DNA of 64,000 bases from Chrysomallon squamiferum (taxonomy: Eukaryota; Animalia; Mollusca): assembly GCA_012295275.1 (NCBI GenBank), contig CM022670.1, positions 5,952,001-6,016,000 of the forward strand, read 5' to 3'. The first letter of the stretch is position 1. Every line of letters starts with the position of its first letter. The notes below the pieces were generated by a model. That model searched no databases. It was not told the DNA's origin and worked only from the letters and a program-made list of their open reading frames with translations. Below, in pieces: positions 13,818 through 26,959 of this stretch. The translations under genes were made by a program, and so were the position numbers.

Positions 13818-14491
13818 GTACAATACTTCAAACAGCAGACGAACAGCGTGTTCAGTAAACTTATATTGTATACAAGAAGGGATCAGGTTTTGTTAATACA
13901 GACAGTCATCACTGATCACTTTCAACCAGTAAACAATAACTGTTGGGTTTTAATTTTATTTTTTATTTTTTTGTTGTTTTCATTATCACAGATCTCCGTG
14001 TTGTTTACTAATTAGCCTTCATTTATCGTTTATTTCTGTCTTTCCTTTCACAACATATCACAAAACATTTCACAAGAGTCGCACTTGTGGTCGCCCACGT
14101 GTCCGGAGAGGTGAGGGGCCGGAGAGGTGAGGGGGTACTTCTGAACGCACCCTCTCACCCGTGGACGACGCTTCCTGCTGAGCGGAGCACCTTTAACAAC
14201 AGTTGTTACTGTTTCCAGCTACTCGTGTGTGAACCGAGAAATAACAGCAATTATTTTGATAAATAACTTTATCAGTCTTATCTGTAATCTCAACCGTGAA
14301 CTCAAAAAAATAGTAATAATAATAAAAAAAAATAGTCTTAGAAATAATCTCTAATTACCCGCTAATTACTAATCAGTAGTTATCTCCCCTGTCAAAGAAG
14401 TAACAAACTGCCGGCTGCCAGTCCCAGTGGTAAACTGAGTGCATTACGCTACCAACAACAGTGAAACGAAATAAACTCAGGTGTTCAGTTG

Positions 14492-14579
<88 letters not shown>

Positions 14580-14855
14580 CATATATTTTTTTGTTCTACT
14601 GACTTTTTAGATTTTTTAATTTTACGACACAAGAAGTATCTTAAAAATAATAATAATAATAATAATAATAAAAATAAACAAACAAAAAAATAATAATAAT
14701 AATTACAGAAAATGTCTTCTTTGAAGTTAAACATAATAATAAGAATGTGTTGGCATGGATTTATTTGTTTGATATAACATCAACAGAATTATGATATTTT
14801 CCAAACAATCAGACATAATCGCCATAAAAGTCGAATAATTATTTTTTAAAAGGAG

Positions 14856-14892
<37 letters not shown>

Positions 14893-15205
14893 TTTACAAA
14901 TGATAGTTACGAAGATTAAGCTTTCAAGAGTTGTTTCCCTTACTGTATGAAAATATTCTAGAGTTTTAAATATACATTAATGACTGAGTCACCGTTGAAA
15001 CTAGTTTTGCATACTCTTGTTATCTATGTTTTTAACTGATTTGGTTTGTGGGTCTAGTTTGTTTTAGGAGTGGAGGTGGTGCTGGTTTTTCTTGGAGGGG
15101 GGTACCTACTCTTTTGTGTTTATCCTGAACAACCAGAAGTTGCCTTACATCTTCTCTGAGTACAAAACCTGTATAAAAAAAATAACAATAAAAAAATAAT
15201 AATAA

Positions 15206-15249
<44 letters not shown>

Positions 15250-16200
15250 ACAAATATAAAATATTTAAAAAAAATAAAACACTTTCGTCATTGAAGATAA
15301 ATGTGTCGCCGTGTCGAAGTAGAGAAATTTATAATAATTCTCATTTTCTTTTTCTTTTGTATTTTTTAAGACGTAAATAATAATTTAATTAATTAAAATG
15401 TATGCATATTTTGAAAGTTATGTGTGTGTGCGCGCGCGTGCGTGCTTGCACAGCGCCTGGTTGTATTTGTATGATGTGCTCACGCGACAATGTACAGTTG
15501 AGTGATATTTTTAACAACGTCAACGTCAACGTCAACGACGTACCCGAAACTCCAACTTGGTGAGTTGCAAACATCGGCGTCGTGTCTTCTTTGCTGTCGT
15601 CAAGCCACAGCCTCAGCGTGGCCGACGTTCCCTCGGCGTGATGGTACGTGAAGCCGTGGTGGCCGAGGACGCCGAGGAGTCGACTCAGAGAGAGAGGAAC
15701 TTTGATCCACGCGTTTGATCGACCCGCTTGTCTCCACGTGAGTATTGAATCTGAGTGAGCGAGCGTTCAAAACAACTAACAGTATTAACCCGTTATAGGA
15801 TCTCACTATATACACAGTTTAAAACTGCTCTACAACTATTCAAACTCCATTCTTTTTTTTTTTTTTTTCTTTTTTTTATTTCATTAAAAATAAATGTTGT
15901 GTATATCACGTGTAATTCATATATATATACAGGTACCGGACCAATTATCCGGACTCCTTTGGGCCTGAGGAAATCCGTAATAGTGGATTTTCCGGTTTTC
16001 TGGTACCAAAGGCATCTAAATACGAAAATAATTTGGCATAAACATTTTAAAATTAAAAACATAAAGGAAAATATGTGTCGAGTCGCCAGAGTTGTGTATC
16101 GTCATTTTCAATGCGGCGAGTGAATGAACGCCACGCGGCTTGAAAGAGTTACGGTCTGGCGAGAACAACACCCGGTACCTGTGTATATATATATATTTAC

Positions 16201-16270
<70 letters not shown>

Positions 16271-16537
16271 GAAAAAGAAAAATTTAGAAAGTAATTCTTT
16301 GTTTAAGTTAAATTTAAATTAATTTATCAATATTTAGTTACCTGTTAAAAGAGTATTAAACTCTGCATCAGATATCCCAGAGGGCACTGCTGCTAAGTCA
16401 ATCATTATTCCGTTATAAGGAACTGTTTCGAATTCTAGTTCTGGTCTCTGACAAACCAAACTAGGCCGAAAAAATCTTCGTTGTATATTCAGCACAGTTT
16501 TAACTGCCACACCTACACACTTTCTTAGACTTGTCAT
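10313..16537 (-). CDS. NUDT6: Nudix hydrolase 6 (NUDT6 / FGF-AS protein) ortholog, 5' five coding exons; 3' part not found in the window
   Basis: Minus-strand exons with GT-AG boundaries and consistent phases: 16537-16342 (MTSLRKCVGVAVKTVLNIQRRFF...LEFETVPYNGIMIDL; in-frame upstream ATG at 16555 is an alternative start), 15750-15544 (WIKVPLSLSRLLGVLGHHGFTYHHAEGTSATLRLWL...FATHQVGVSG), 15168-15110 (FVLREDVRQLLVVQDKHKR), 13691-13640 (RPLWKFPGGLAELGEDF), 10360-10313 (GETAVREVLEETGIQT). The spliced product has a perfect Nudix box GX5EX7REUXEEXGU and the NUDT6-type motifs GFxxHHAE, HQVGV and WKFPGG. Confidence 0.93.
12260..12615. repeat. Degenerate tandem repeat (TATGTAGCGTATATATGAGTGTTTGTGTTACG-like)
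   Basis: Repeated TGTAGCGTATATATGAGTGTTTG core in NUDT6 intron 4. Confidence 0.75.
13217..13550. repeat. Long polypurine (AG)n/G-run tract
   Basis: ~330 bp of almost pure A/G on the + strand. Other (AG/CT)n tracts lie at 7278-7366, 8578-8740, 14494-14575, 24484-24552, 30479-30565 and 37702-37754. Confidence 0.95.
15930..16181. mobile_element. MITE (non-autonomous DNA transposon, Tc1/mariner/pogo-type ends), full copy in NUDT6 intron 1
   Basis: 10-bp TIRs CAGGTACCGG / CCGGTACCTG, inserted in a TA run. ~250 bp with no ORF. A homologous inverted copy lies at 3579-3818. Confidence 0.8.
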
Positions 16538-16703
16538 TATGATGATCTGGATCATTAAATATCATTAATTTTATAAAGAAAATAAGAACGAGACAAATAT
16601 GGAAATACGTGAGTTAACGTCTGTGCATGTATGCGTGTGTTACTGTTGTGTGTTACTGTTGTGTGTATACAAAAATAGGCGCGTGCGCGAGTCAGAGACA
16701 TAC

Positions 16704-16760
<57 letters not shown>

Positions 16761-16988
16761 AGGGGAGGGAGGGAGGGAGAGAGGCAAGCTGTAATTATAG
16801 AGGCCAATTAATTATAACAAAACTAATTCTTTAACTCGACATGGTTAATTTTTGTATTACTGTTGCTGACTTGAGTTTAGTATTGAAGAGATTTCACTAA
16901 GCAATGTCTTCTAACGTTACAAAACGTAATATGATATATGGAGATAAATAACTCATATTGTATAATATGTTTCGATGACTCGATTCCA

Positions 16989-17063
<75 letters not shown>

Positions 17064-17161
17064 TCACACACACATGTATATAGAAGCGAGGAGACTATAC
17101 ATTTTAATAAAATACTAGTTATTTATCTCCATACCTAAAACGTTTGAAAACGTTGCATTAA

Positions 17162-17205
<44 letters not shown>

Positions 17206-19311
17206 ACGACTAAAACAATTTTATATCATGTTACTATTTATATTTTTATTATTACCATCATTTATTTATTTATTTAATTTGTTACCTATAAAAATGTAAA
17301 CGTTTATTTACTGTAAATTACAGAGTAATTACTTCTACTAACCTTAAGAAGGCCTCTTCTTTTCTTTGACAGCTGTATAATTAATAAGTTATATGGGAAT
17401 CAAATCAATCACCCAAACGTTTTAAAATATAAAATATCGCTATTAAAATCCATTATATATATAATTTTGAAAGATTCATATTTATTAAACGAAGAATAAA
17501 CTGTATATAGATACTTATGCCTACTACACCAAAATATTGTTCGGCCGATTCGATTGTATTTCAGAGTGATTTCCCCTTTCGAGCGCATTCGATTATTTGC
17601 ACGAGTATTTATGTTTAAACAGAGTTATGTTTGTTGTTGTTTATTTTTATCATTTCTTCTTCGTTATTTTTCTATCTTAGTCTCTTATATTCTTCTTAAA
17701 ACAGATATAATTTAAACGACAAAACACTTATACTAATGACACAAAAACCCGGAAGGGTAAAGTAATAAACAAAATAGAAATTGTTTTTCATCGAACGAAT
17801 GATAAGAACTAGCTTTAAAACAAATCATGGTGTTATAGCGTTATTTTAATATAACTGTCAACCTTGATTATCCGACCTGATATTTGATCACATGATAAAG
17901 TGCGCGTGAATGATATGTGAGTCAGATAAAATGATAATAAACTAATTATTTCATTTCATTTTTTATTATTATGTTTTCTTATGCGATGTTTTTGTAATTA
18001 AAAATAGAGCATAAGGAAAATAATAATAATAATAATAATAATAATAATTAAAAAAGAGAAAACAGTATCATAATTATCATTTATATAGCTACATATCTTT
18101 ATCGTAAATGTATTTTTATATTTACATGCATTTTAAGATTAAACATAGATATATGTGAATTTTGTTGTAAATAAATCTGTTTATCACAATAGATTTACAT
18201 TGCCGTTTAGGTCATACTGTTTTTTATTAATTTTTGTTTATTTTTTTTTTTTTATTTTTTTTCATTCATTCATTCATTTATTTATCTTTTTTCGGTTTTT
18301 TAACTAAAACTATATAATTAAAATTATTCAGTGTTACACTTTTGTAAAAGAAAAAATATTTATTATATAAACGGTATCATAGCAATCTTTGATGAATAAT
18401 TTAGCCGTTTTGATTGGAATTTGTCACTTTGTGTTCTGAACCATGTTTGCGGATAACAACGATATCGATAAATAATAAATAACAACAGAATCATCTGGGA
18501 GTTTGTTTTTTCTCTCATTTTTTTACCCTAAAGCTTTTTCCTCAATTTGTAATTATCATGGGTGGGGTGGGAGAGTCCATTAACTAACGCCACAACCTTA
18601 GAAATAAGTGATCATCTTTTTATCTTTCGCTTTTCTACGTGAAAATAGTTCCTGCGGGACTAATTGTGTATTAATGTGTCATAAACATCAGTTTGAGTGT
18701 GTTTTAATATCCCGGCGAGAGCTGGATCAGGTAAAGTGTTCACAAACATTCAGTCACCTCTCTACGTACACGTCTAATTGTCACTTCAGTCATTTTCCTT
18801 TCATTATACACGGATATTTTAATTTATTAGACTAATCCTGGCTTTTTAAAATGACAAGGATGAAATCTATTCTATCTGGAACTGTGACGGTAGTTTTCAG
18901 TGACGTATGTATTGTTACCGAATGAAATGTAAATAGGATTCTAATTTGCAGAGAAATTTTAATTTCTTTTAACACTGTTACCGACTGGATATTTGACAGA
19001 GAGAAGCCAGGGAAACTAGCGGGTGGAATTCTAATATATTAATCATCAAAAAAGAAGCAAAAAGACATTCTTTGAAAACTGGGAATTGAAATTGTTAAAA
19101 CTATCGAAAATTGAAATTGTTCGAACTACTGTACATTGGAAGTGTTAAAAATACACCAAAATTGGAACTCTTAAAACTACTGAAAAGTGGAACTATAAAA
19201 ACCACCAATTTTTTTTAATGTTCTTATACCGAGACGTTGTGTTACTGTGTTACTTGTATTAATCTCAGCGTGAAACAGGAAAGTGGATCTGTGATAATAA
19301 ATTAAAAAAAA

Positions 19312-20679
19312 ATGATGCAGCTGGACACTAAAAAATCAGATGTTAGAAAAACGTCGCTGATGTCGCTCGCTTCAGACGGCATCAAAGAGGTTTTCAGTGA
19401 ATACAGCAACCACGCCACCATTCATGGCGTCGCGCAGATCAGTGGGCCCCGAATTTATACCCACCGTAAGTAAGTATCGTCTGTATGTGGTGTACTGACG
19501 TAGTCGATGTGGTGTAAGTAAGTGTCGTCTGCATGTGGCGTACTGACGTAGTCGATGTGGTGTAAGTAAGTATCGTCTGTATGTGGCGTACTGACGTAGT
19601 CGATGTGGTGTAAGTAAGTATCGTCTGTATGTGGTGTACTGACGTAGTCGATGTGGTGTAAGTAAGTATCGTCTGTATGTGGTGTACTGACGTAGTCGAT
19701 GTGGTGTAAGTAAGTGTAATTTGCATGTGGTGTACTGCGTAGTCGATGTAGTGTAAGTAAGTGTCGTCTGTATGTTGTGTACTGACGTAGTCGATGTGGT
19801 GTAAGTAAGTGTCGTCTGCATGTGGCGTACTGACGTAGTCGATGTGGTGTAAGTAAATGTCGTCTGCATGTAGTGTACTGACGTAGTCAATGGTGTGTAA
19901 TTAAGTATCGTCTGCGTGTTGTTTAAAGACGTAGCTGATGTTGGTGTAATTGTTAGCGGTTTTACAGTGATGTAAACGATGCAGTCTTTGGTTGTTACGT
20001 GGTGTTGACTGTTTTTGTCATTGTTGCAGAGTGGTCTGGTTGATGCTGCTGCTGGGCATGACGGTGGGTTTAGGACTCATTGTGTATGAACAGTTCAGAC
20101 GTCTGTCGTTGATGCCGACAGTCACTGACATCCAGGCATGCTTCGTCGACAGCCTCGACTTCCCCGCCGTAACCATCTGTAACCTGAACCAGTTCAACCA
20201 CGACCGCGTTCCTAACAACAGCCTCATCAAGAACCTCATCTTCCAAATGAGTGAGCTGGAGGATCTCATAAACCTGAACGTCAGCTACAACAACGATTCC
20301 GCTGATGAGGACGTATCAGGGAAAGAACTGGAGGAATTTGCGCTGGACGCCGCTCATCGACTGGAAGAACTGATTCGTCAGTGTTACTGGAAATCAGAAC
20401 GAGTCAACTGTTCCTCTGTCTTCAACAGCATTGTCACCGGCTTCGGCGTCTGCTACACCTTCAACAACAACGTCTCCAAGGTACTCAGCAGCAAAGATTC
20501 AGGTCCTCTAGGAGGCCTTCGACTGATATTAAATATTCAGCAAGATAAATATTCCTTCTCGAAGACGTTCCAAGCCGGAATCAAGGTAAATAGATGTCTC
20601 CAGACAGAGTTGTTTCGATTCTGCTTGGACAAAACACAGCAAAATTACATTTTGTGTATTTCAAAAGTTGTTAGTTTGC

Positions 20680-20722
<43 letters not shown>

Positions 20723-22101
20723 CCGGAGAAGTATTTAGGCTGCCATTTATTGGTTGTTGTTGAGTTTTGGGGTTTTTTTGGTGAAATTCTGTTATTTTCA
20801 AATATTCAGCTGATATTTAGCTCGAACGCTTCTACATATTTATCTTGTGTTGTTTAACATCCAGGTTGTTCTGCATGAACCGACTGAGATGCCCTTCCCC
20901 TCTGTGGATGGGCTGTGGGTCGGTCCTGGCCTGTCTGCATCTATCGCATTACAACGTAACACGGTTAGTACTGAATGACTGGACCTTAAATATCTGCCAT
21001 AACTCTCACCGATCTCTTGGGAGCTTTGGTGTAAGTCATTTTAACATGATGATAACGTCGATGCATAAAATATCATATCTGTTTCCTTATCATTTTCCAC
21101 GAAATTCTGAATTATTTATTTATTATTTGTACTTCATGCTAATAATAATAATAATAATAAATATATAAATAAATAAATAATTTTCTGTTTCAATATTCAG
21201 AGGATGTTGTTACCGCCTCCGTTCATGGCTTTTAAAACTGCTGTCTGTGTGGACACGTTGTCGCCTGCGTTCATAAATCCACTCGTTCGTTTACCCAGAC
21301 ACAACTACACGAAGCACGCGTGTACGGAGGAGTGTTTGGTGAACAAAATCGTGCAGACGTGTGGCTGCAGACACTTCTACGATCCAGGTACCAAACCGCT
21401 TACATACGCTTTATTTTTTTAAAATACAGCGAGTCCCAGACTTAAACTTACATAACTTTTAATTATTCAGTTTATTTATTTATCTGTCTGGCTGTCTGTT
21501 TTACTATTATTTTTATATTTAATTTTGCATCATTTGTGTTGTCTGTTGTCATACACGTACGTTCTTATCTAACACAGGAAATGACGTCGTGTGCACTGCT
21601 AAGAAAATGATCAGCTGTTACCTGCCAGAAAGATGTAAGTTTATTTTTAGTTGTATCTTATATCGTGTGTGTATGTTTGTTATATTGAAATGTTTCATTT
21701 TATTCAACTATTATACATCTTCGTGTTACTAATTTAAGTATTCCTTGTAATTATTCTGTTATAAACCTAAAAAACTGATTTATCACTTTAATTTTTAATG
21801 TATTGCATTGAATTATGAATTAAAGGTATTATGTTAAACCAAATTTTAATGTCTTATCATGTATAGTATATGACACAGTATATGTTTCTGTTAGATCTTA
21901 AAATACGGCATGGTGTAACACGAAATCACATAGTCATACGTTATAAGAGATGAAAAAAGTACGTGATCAACTCTGTATTGCTACGATCAGTTTATCAAAG
22001 ATTATGGTATGTGTTGCCATGTTGATACGTACAAAATATTCCTCATTTCCAGTGTTTAATTTACATAGTGGAAGAACTGAGTTTAAATTCTCAACATATG
22101 A

Positions 22102-22143
<42 letters not shown>

Positions 22144-22157
22144 TTTGATAAGTAAAA

Positions 22158-22233
<76 letters not shown>

Positions 22234-23310
22234 AGGAAAATAAAAAAAATGAAATTAAAAAAAAAAAATATTTTGAGATGTTATTAATTTGTTCGGTCAT
22301 TAAAAGGCTGTTTAACTGCTTGTAGCCAAAATGACGATGGCGGACTTGGAGAACTGCTCGTGTACGGACACGTGTCGTCAGGCGAACTTCGGAACTGTTC
22401 TGTCTCACGCCAACTTCGCCTCCGACTTCCTGTCTTACAGACTTGTAGAAGAAAACATGATGAACTCCACTGAGTACTTAAGGTACGTAGCTGTAGTTAA
22501 AAGGATTTTTTTTTCATTTCTTTCTTTTTTTTCTTTTTTTTTTTTTTTTTTTTTTTTTGGTGTCAGTATATACACATCAAATATCACTGAATACCGTAAC
22601 TTTACTGAAGAAAAATTTGTGCTGATTTTATAAATCTACCGAAGAAAAATTTGTGTTTATGTTATAAATCTATTGAAGAATATTTTGTGTTGTAAATCAA
22701 CTAAAACAGTTTTGTGTTTTTCAGCAGAAATAATATTGAGTTGCGAATTTTCTACCAGACTTTGGTTGAAACTAAAATTGTACAGAAGCCTGAACTCACC
22801 TACTTAGACATTCTGGGTAATATTTATTTATTTATTTATTTGTATGTATAATCCATAATCTTGTTTAGCTTTTAGTCTGTGTACATTTCTGCATATTCAC
22901 CTATATACACAAATGTATGCGTACTATTATCGAAGCTGAATTACAGTTCTGTCTGTCTGTCTTTCTCTCTCTCTCTCTATCCTCTTTCTCTCTCTCCCTC
23001 TCTATCTTCTTTTTTCTCTCTCTACTTTTTTTTTTTTTTTTTCGATCATCTAGATCTGTTTGTTTTTGTTGTTATTCTTGCTACGTAACCAAGGCTTGTG
23101 TTGATTTTAGGAACTCTCGGAGGTCACATGGGTTTGTTTCTGGGGGCCAGTATTCTGTCTGTCAGTGAGATTGTCGAGATTATCATGGTGGTCATCATCC
23201 GACTCATCTCCAGTCTACGGAGATGCAGTAAAGGTTCTACTGTGACGTCACAACAGGCCAAAACTGACAACAAAGACATTGCACTAAATGAAGACCAGGT
23301 CACTACGTAA
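19312..23310 (+). CDS. DEG/ENaC (ASIC-like, amiloride-sensitive-family) ion channel subunit, 8 coding exons, ~500 aa
   Basis: Exons 19312-19469, 20030-20585, 20865-20963, 21201-21387, 21578-21634, 22326-22482, 22728(or 22725)-22816, 23111-23310. All are GT-AG and phase-compatible, totalling 1503 nt. Motifs: N-terminal HATIHG (HG gating motif), TM1, FPAVTICNLN, GVCYTFN, GLRLILNIQQ, Cys-rich thumb (CTEEC...CGC...CSC...C) and TM2 LGTLGGHMGLFLGASILS with the GAS belt. Confidence 0.95.
19466..19915. repeat. 48-bp minisatellite (~9 copies) starting at the intron-1 splice donor of the DEG/ENaC gene
   Basis: Unit GTAAGTAAGTATCGTCTGTATGTGGTGTACTGACGTAGTCGATGTGGT at 19466, 19514, 19562, 19610 and onward. 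Confidence 0.95.
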
Positions 23311-23442
23311 TATGTACGTCACGTGATCAAATAAGTTAATTTTGCAAAGTTGGTTGGTTAAATATTTAATTATGAACATGACGAGTTGAATATATGTGCC
23401 AGGTTTAATTAGAATTGCGTGTTTTTTTATGTTTGTTTTTTT

Positions 23443-23505
23443 AAATTATTATTTTCAAAGTTATATATATATATATATATATATGAAAATAAAAAATATA
23501 TACTA

Positions 23506-23547
<42 letters not shown>

Positions 23548-23890
23548 TAATAAATAAATAAAATATATATATATATATAAATTTGAAAATAATAATAATT
23601 AATATATATATATGTATTAGTATATATTTTTTATAAATAAATAAATATATATATATAAATTTGAAAATAATAATAATTAGTATATATATATGTATTAGTA
23701 TATATTTTTTATTTTATATATATATATATATATATATAAAATAAAGATAAATTATATATATATATATGAAAATAAAAAATATATACTAATACATACATAT
23801 ATATATACTAATTATTATTATTTTCAAATTTATATATATATATATATATGAAAATAAAAATAAATATATACTAATACATTTATTTTCATA
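23443..23890. repeat. AT-rich nested inverted repeat / palindrome downstream of the DEG/ENaC stop
   Basis: Arms TATATAAATTTGAAAATAATAATAATTAGTATATA...TGTATTAGTATATATTTTTTATTTT and their reverse complement, centred near 23745. Confidence 0.8.
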
Positions 23891-23896
23891 TATATA

Positions 23897-23948
<52 letters not shown>

Positions 23949-23982
23949 TGCATATATAAATATATACATATATATGTATATG

Positions 23983-24021
<39 letters not shown>

Positions 24022-24480
24022 TTAATCATATTTGAAATACCTCATTACATAAAAACTCGTTTTCATTCAGTTCAGCCAATCAGATTTCCTGAGACACAAT
24101 TAAATCAATAGAAAGTGTTATATATATATATATATATATATATATAACATCAGACTGAATTCTTTCTGTTCGTCTTTCTTTCTCTTTTGTTAATCAATGT
24201 ATTAGTTTAAAAAAAAAATATATATATATATATATATTTTTCCCAGAATGTCAGTGTAGAGTTTATTGCTATTAAAATGTTTATTGTCTGAGTTTTTAAA
24301 TGTCTTTTTACATAGTTTCCATAGTCCTTGTTTGTATGTCAAAGATTTCATAATTATATATTTTTTTTTTTTTTTTGTAAATATAGATATGATACAATGA
24401 TATTCCATTTACGTTGTTCTTATATAAGATATAATTACTTTCGATATTGCACTATTGTATGAACTTTAACCTAGTTTTTC

Positions 24481-24556
<76 letters not shown>

Positions 24557-24825
24557 ATATATGTTTTTTGTTCAATACAGTTGGGTTTATAGTTAAAGTT
24601 CTGGGTGTTATGGTATGTTTTTTTTTTTGTTTTTTTTAATTTTCATATCCTTCACTACATATCTGTCTATTTTATTATTATTGTTTTTTTAAATTAATTA
24701 ATTAATTAATTTCCTTCGTTTGTTTATATTTTTTATTTATTTATTTATATTTAAGTTATTATTTTGTATTAATATATATATATACATATATTAATAAAAC
24801 ATAATTATATATATATTATTTTTAA

Positions 24826-24856
<31 letters not shown>

Positions 24857-25920
24857 TTTTTTTTTTTTTTTTTCTTTCAAATATAATACTAACTACTAAA
24901 ATATTACAGTTAAAAATATTTAATGTAACCCTTCACGTCATCGCTTAGAGCAAGAACACAATGGATTCGGGTTTCTTTCCCTTTGTCACAAAAAATAGAT
25001 ATCAGTCCATCTCATGTACACAGTGACCTTGCGATTAGTTATGATGGAGTAAAATAGAGTAATATTTTATTCTTAAAGATGACAGGTCTCTCAAACCAAA
25101 ACTGAATAATAACTTGTAGGTAATATAGTCTGAAGTGTTGTGATGAGAGAGACACATAAAAAGGTGGGGGGGGGGTGTTGCTAAAATGAAGGGACATAAC
25201 TCTTACAGATTTATGTTACTAGATAAGCACTGTATAGTAGAAACCTAAGTTTGTCTATCAAAAATTTGTTCTTTTCTTTACATTTACCAGTTATTGTCGT
25301 CATACGTAAATATTCTAAGAGTATAAACAAGTCTAAAGATAATAACTAAATGTCTGAATAAATAACTAAATGAAAATACAACATTAGTAATACAGAACTT
25401 TGGAATATGTTTGTCTTATTATTTGTTAACATCTGTAATGTATTTTTCGTAATTTTTGTTGTTCCTAATTCGTTATTTTGTCTATTTCATATATTTATTT
25501 CATTCAACATTTTTCTTCTTCTTCTGTCGTTTGTGTGTGTGTGTGTGTGTGTGGTTGTGTAATAGCAGACGTCAGCTGAAACCTTTTGACGTCACTGTCC
25601 GCCAATTAATCAATTTCTACTAAGGACAGACAGAACTGATATGAATGGTTGTTCACTAAACAGTGTAAGCAAAGAGTAGACACATGGTGTCGTGTCGCAC
25701 AGACATTTTCTAATCGAGACGGTCTGAGTCAGTGTAACCTCGACCTGCCGTAAACTCATTCATAAACTGTTCCCAACTTAAAACTATTATTTTTAAAGGG
25801 ACAGTTTCTTTTTCGTTTTTGATATCTTGTTTTGTTTTCAATTTTATAATTAATTTTTTTTTTTTTTTTTTTTTTTTAATTATTTAAAAATATAGCTAGG
25901 ACCTCCTATCAATAGCCTTA

Positions 25921-25951
<31 letters not shown>

Positions 25952-26387
25952 GATAAAGACGTTGTACATACTTCCATGTAGTTATTCAGTTTTGAATAAA
26001 TTAGTATTCTTACTGATAAAACTCAGTGAAATAAGAAGTCATGTAAACTGTAGGCTGGTAGACTGTAATTTTATTTCGTGCAGACGGTTAAAATAGTAAT
26101 AAACAGAGTTTGTATCAACTTATAGATTTATTTATAAATGCTTAATTTTTGTTATGAGAAGGTAAATTATATTTATGTGATAATGCCCACGAATGATTGG
26201 TACAACAGGTGAGCTGTTTACCATTGTACATTGTTGTTTCAGTAAATACATTTATATATCTCTTTATCCGACAGACTGATCTTTCAATCACCAAGCAAAC
26301 TGTATCTGCATATGTCACGGTCGTTTGCAGAATCAATATAAAACTATTTTCCAGTTCCAAATACTGCCCCAGACAGACATGCGTTGA

Positions 26388-26470
26388 CAAAGGTCGTGTA
26401 CTAAAATAAAGTGCCTATAAAAGATGCCTTGGAGCTAATCAGTAAGAGTAAACCTATGGGTCTTTTTCTC
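26388..26470 (+). mobile_element. Possible degenerate gastropod SINE fragment
   Basis: GTGCCTATAAAAGATGCCTTGGAGCTAATCAGTAAGAGTA resembles, from memory only, an abundant gastropod SINE core (GTGCATATAAAAGATCCCTTGCTGCTAATC...). Not verified by a search. Confidence 0.3.
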
Positions 26471-26907
26471 GATCTAGCCAGAGATCCAAACATGTTTTCA
26501 AAGTTTGTTGTACTCGTATAATACTGATGAGTAATCTTAGCATGTTTCTTCTCTGGATATCACAACGAAATAAAAATTAAAAGTAAATAAATAATTAATA
26601 GTAAAATAAAATTTCATTCATTAGCGTATTCATGTTTGAAATATGCATAAATACATTTATAATGTGTGTATGATTATGTGTGTTTGTAATTACTTGTTTG
26701 TTCCTGTGTAACAATATCAAAATCAACAATTATAATTCAATCATTATCGACAAGAAAAAGAAGAATAACAATAATGTAAAAAAAAAAGTGTTTTTGGCTC
26801 CATGACGAACATGACGAAACATTTCACTTACATGTTGAATTTTATCAGTTAAACTTTCTTTTCCACCAGACGTATACTAAATAAACGTGTGATGGAAATA
26901 TTTTCAC

Positions 26908-26959
<52 letters not shown>

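Noticed and set aside
19372-19890. 172-aa Thr-rich mucin-like antisense ORF
   Set aside because: It is a translation of the intronic 48-bp minisatellite.
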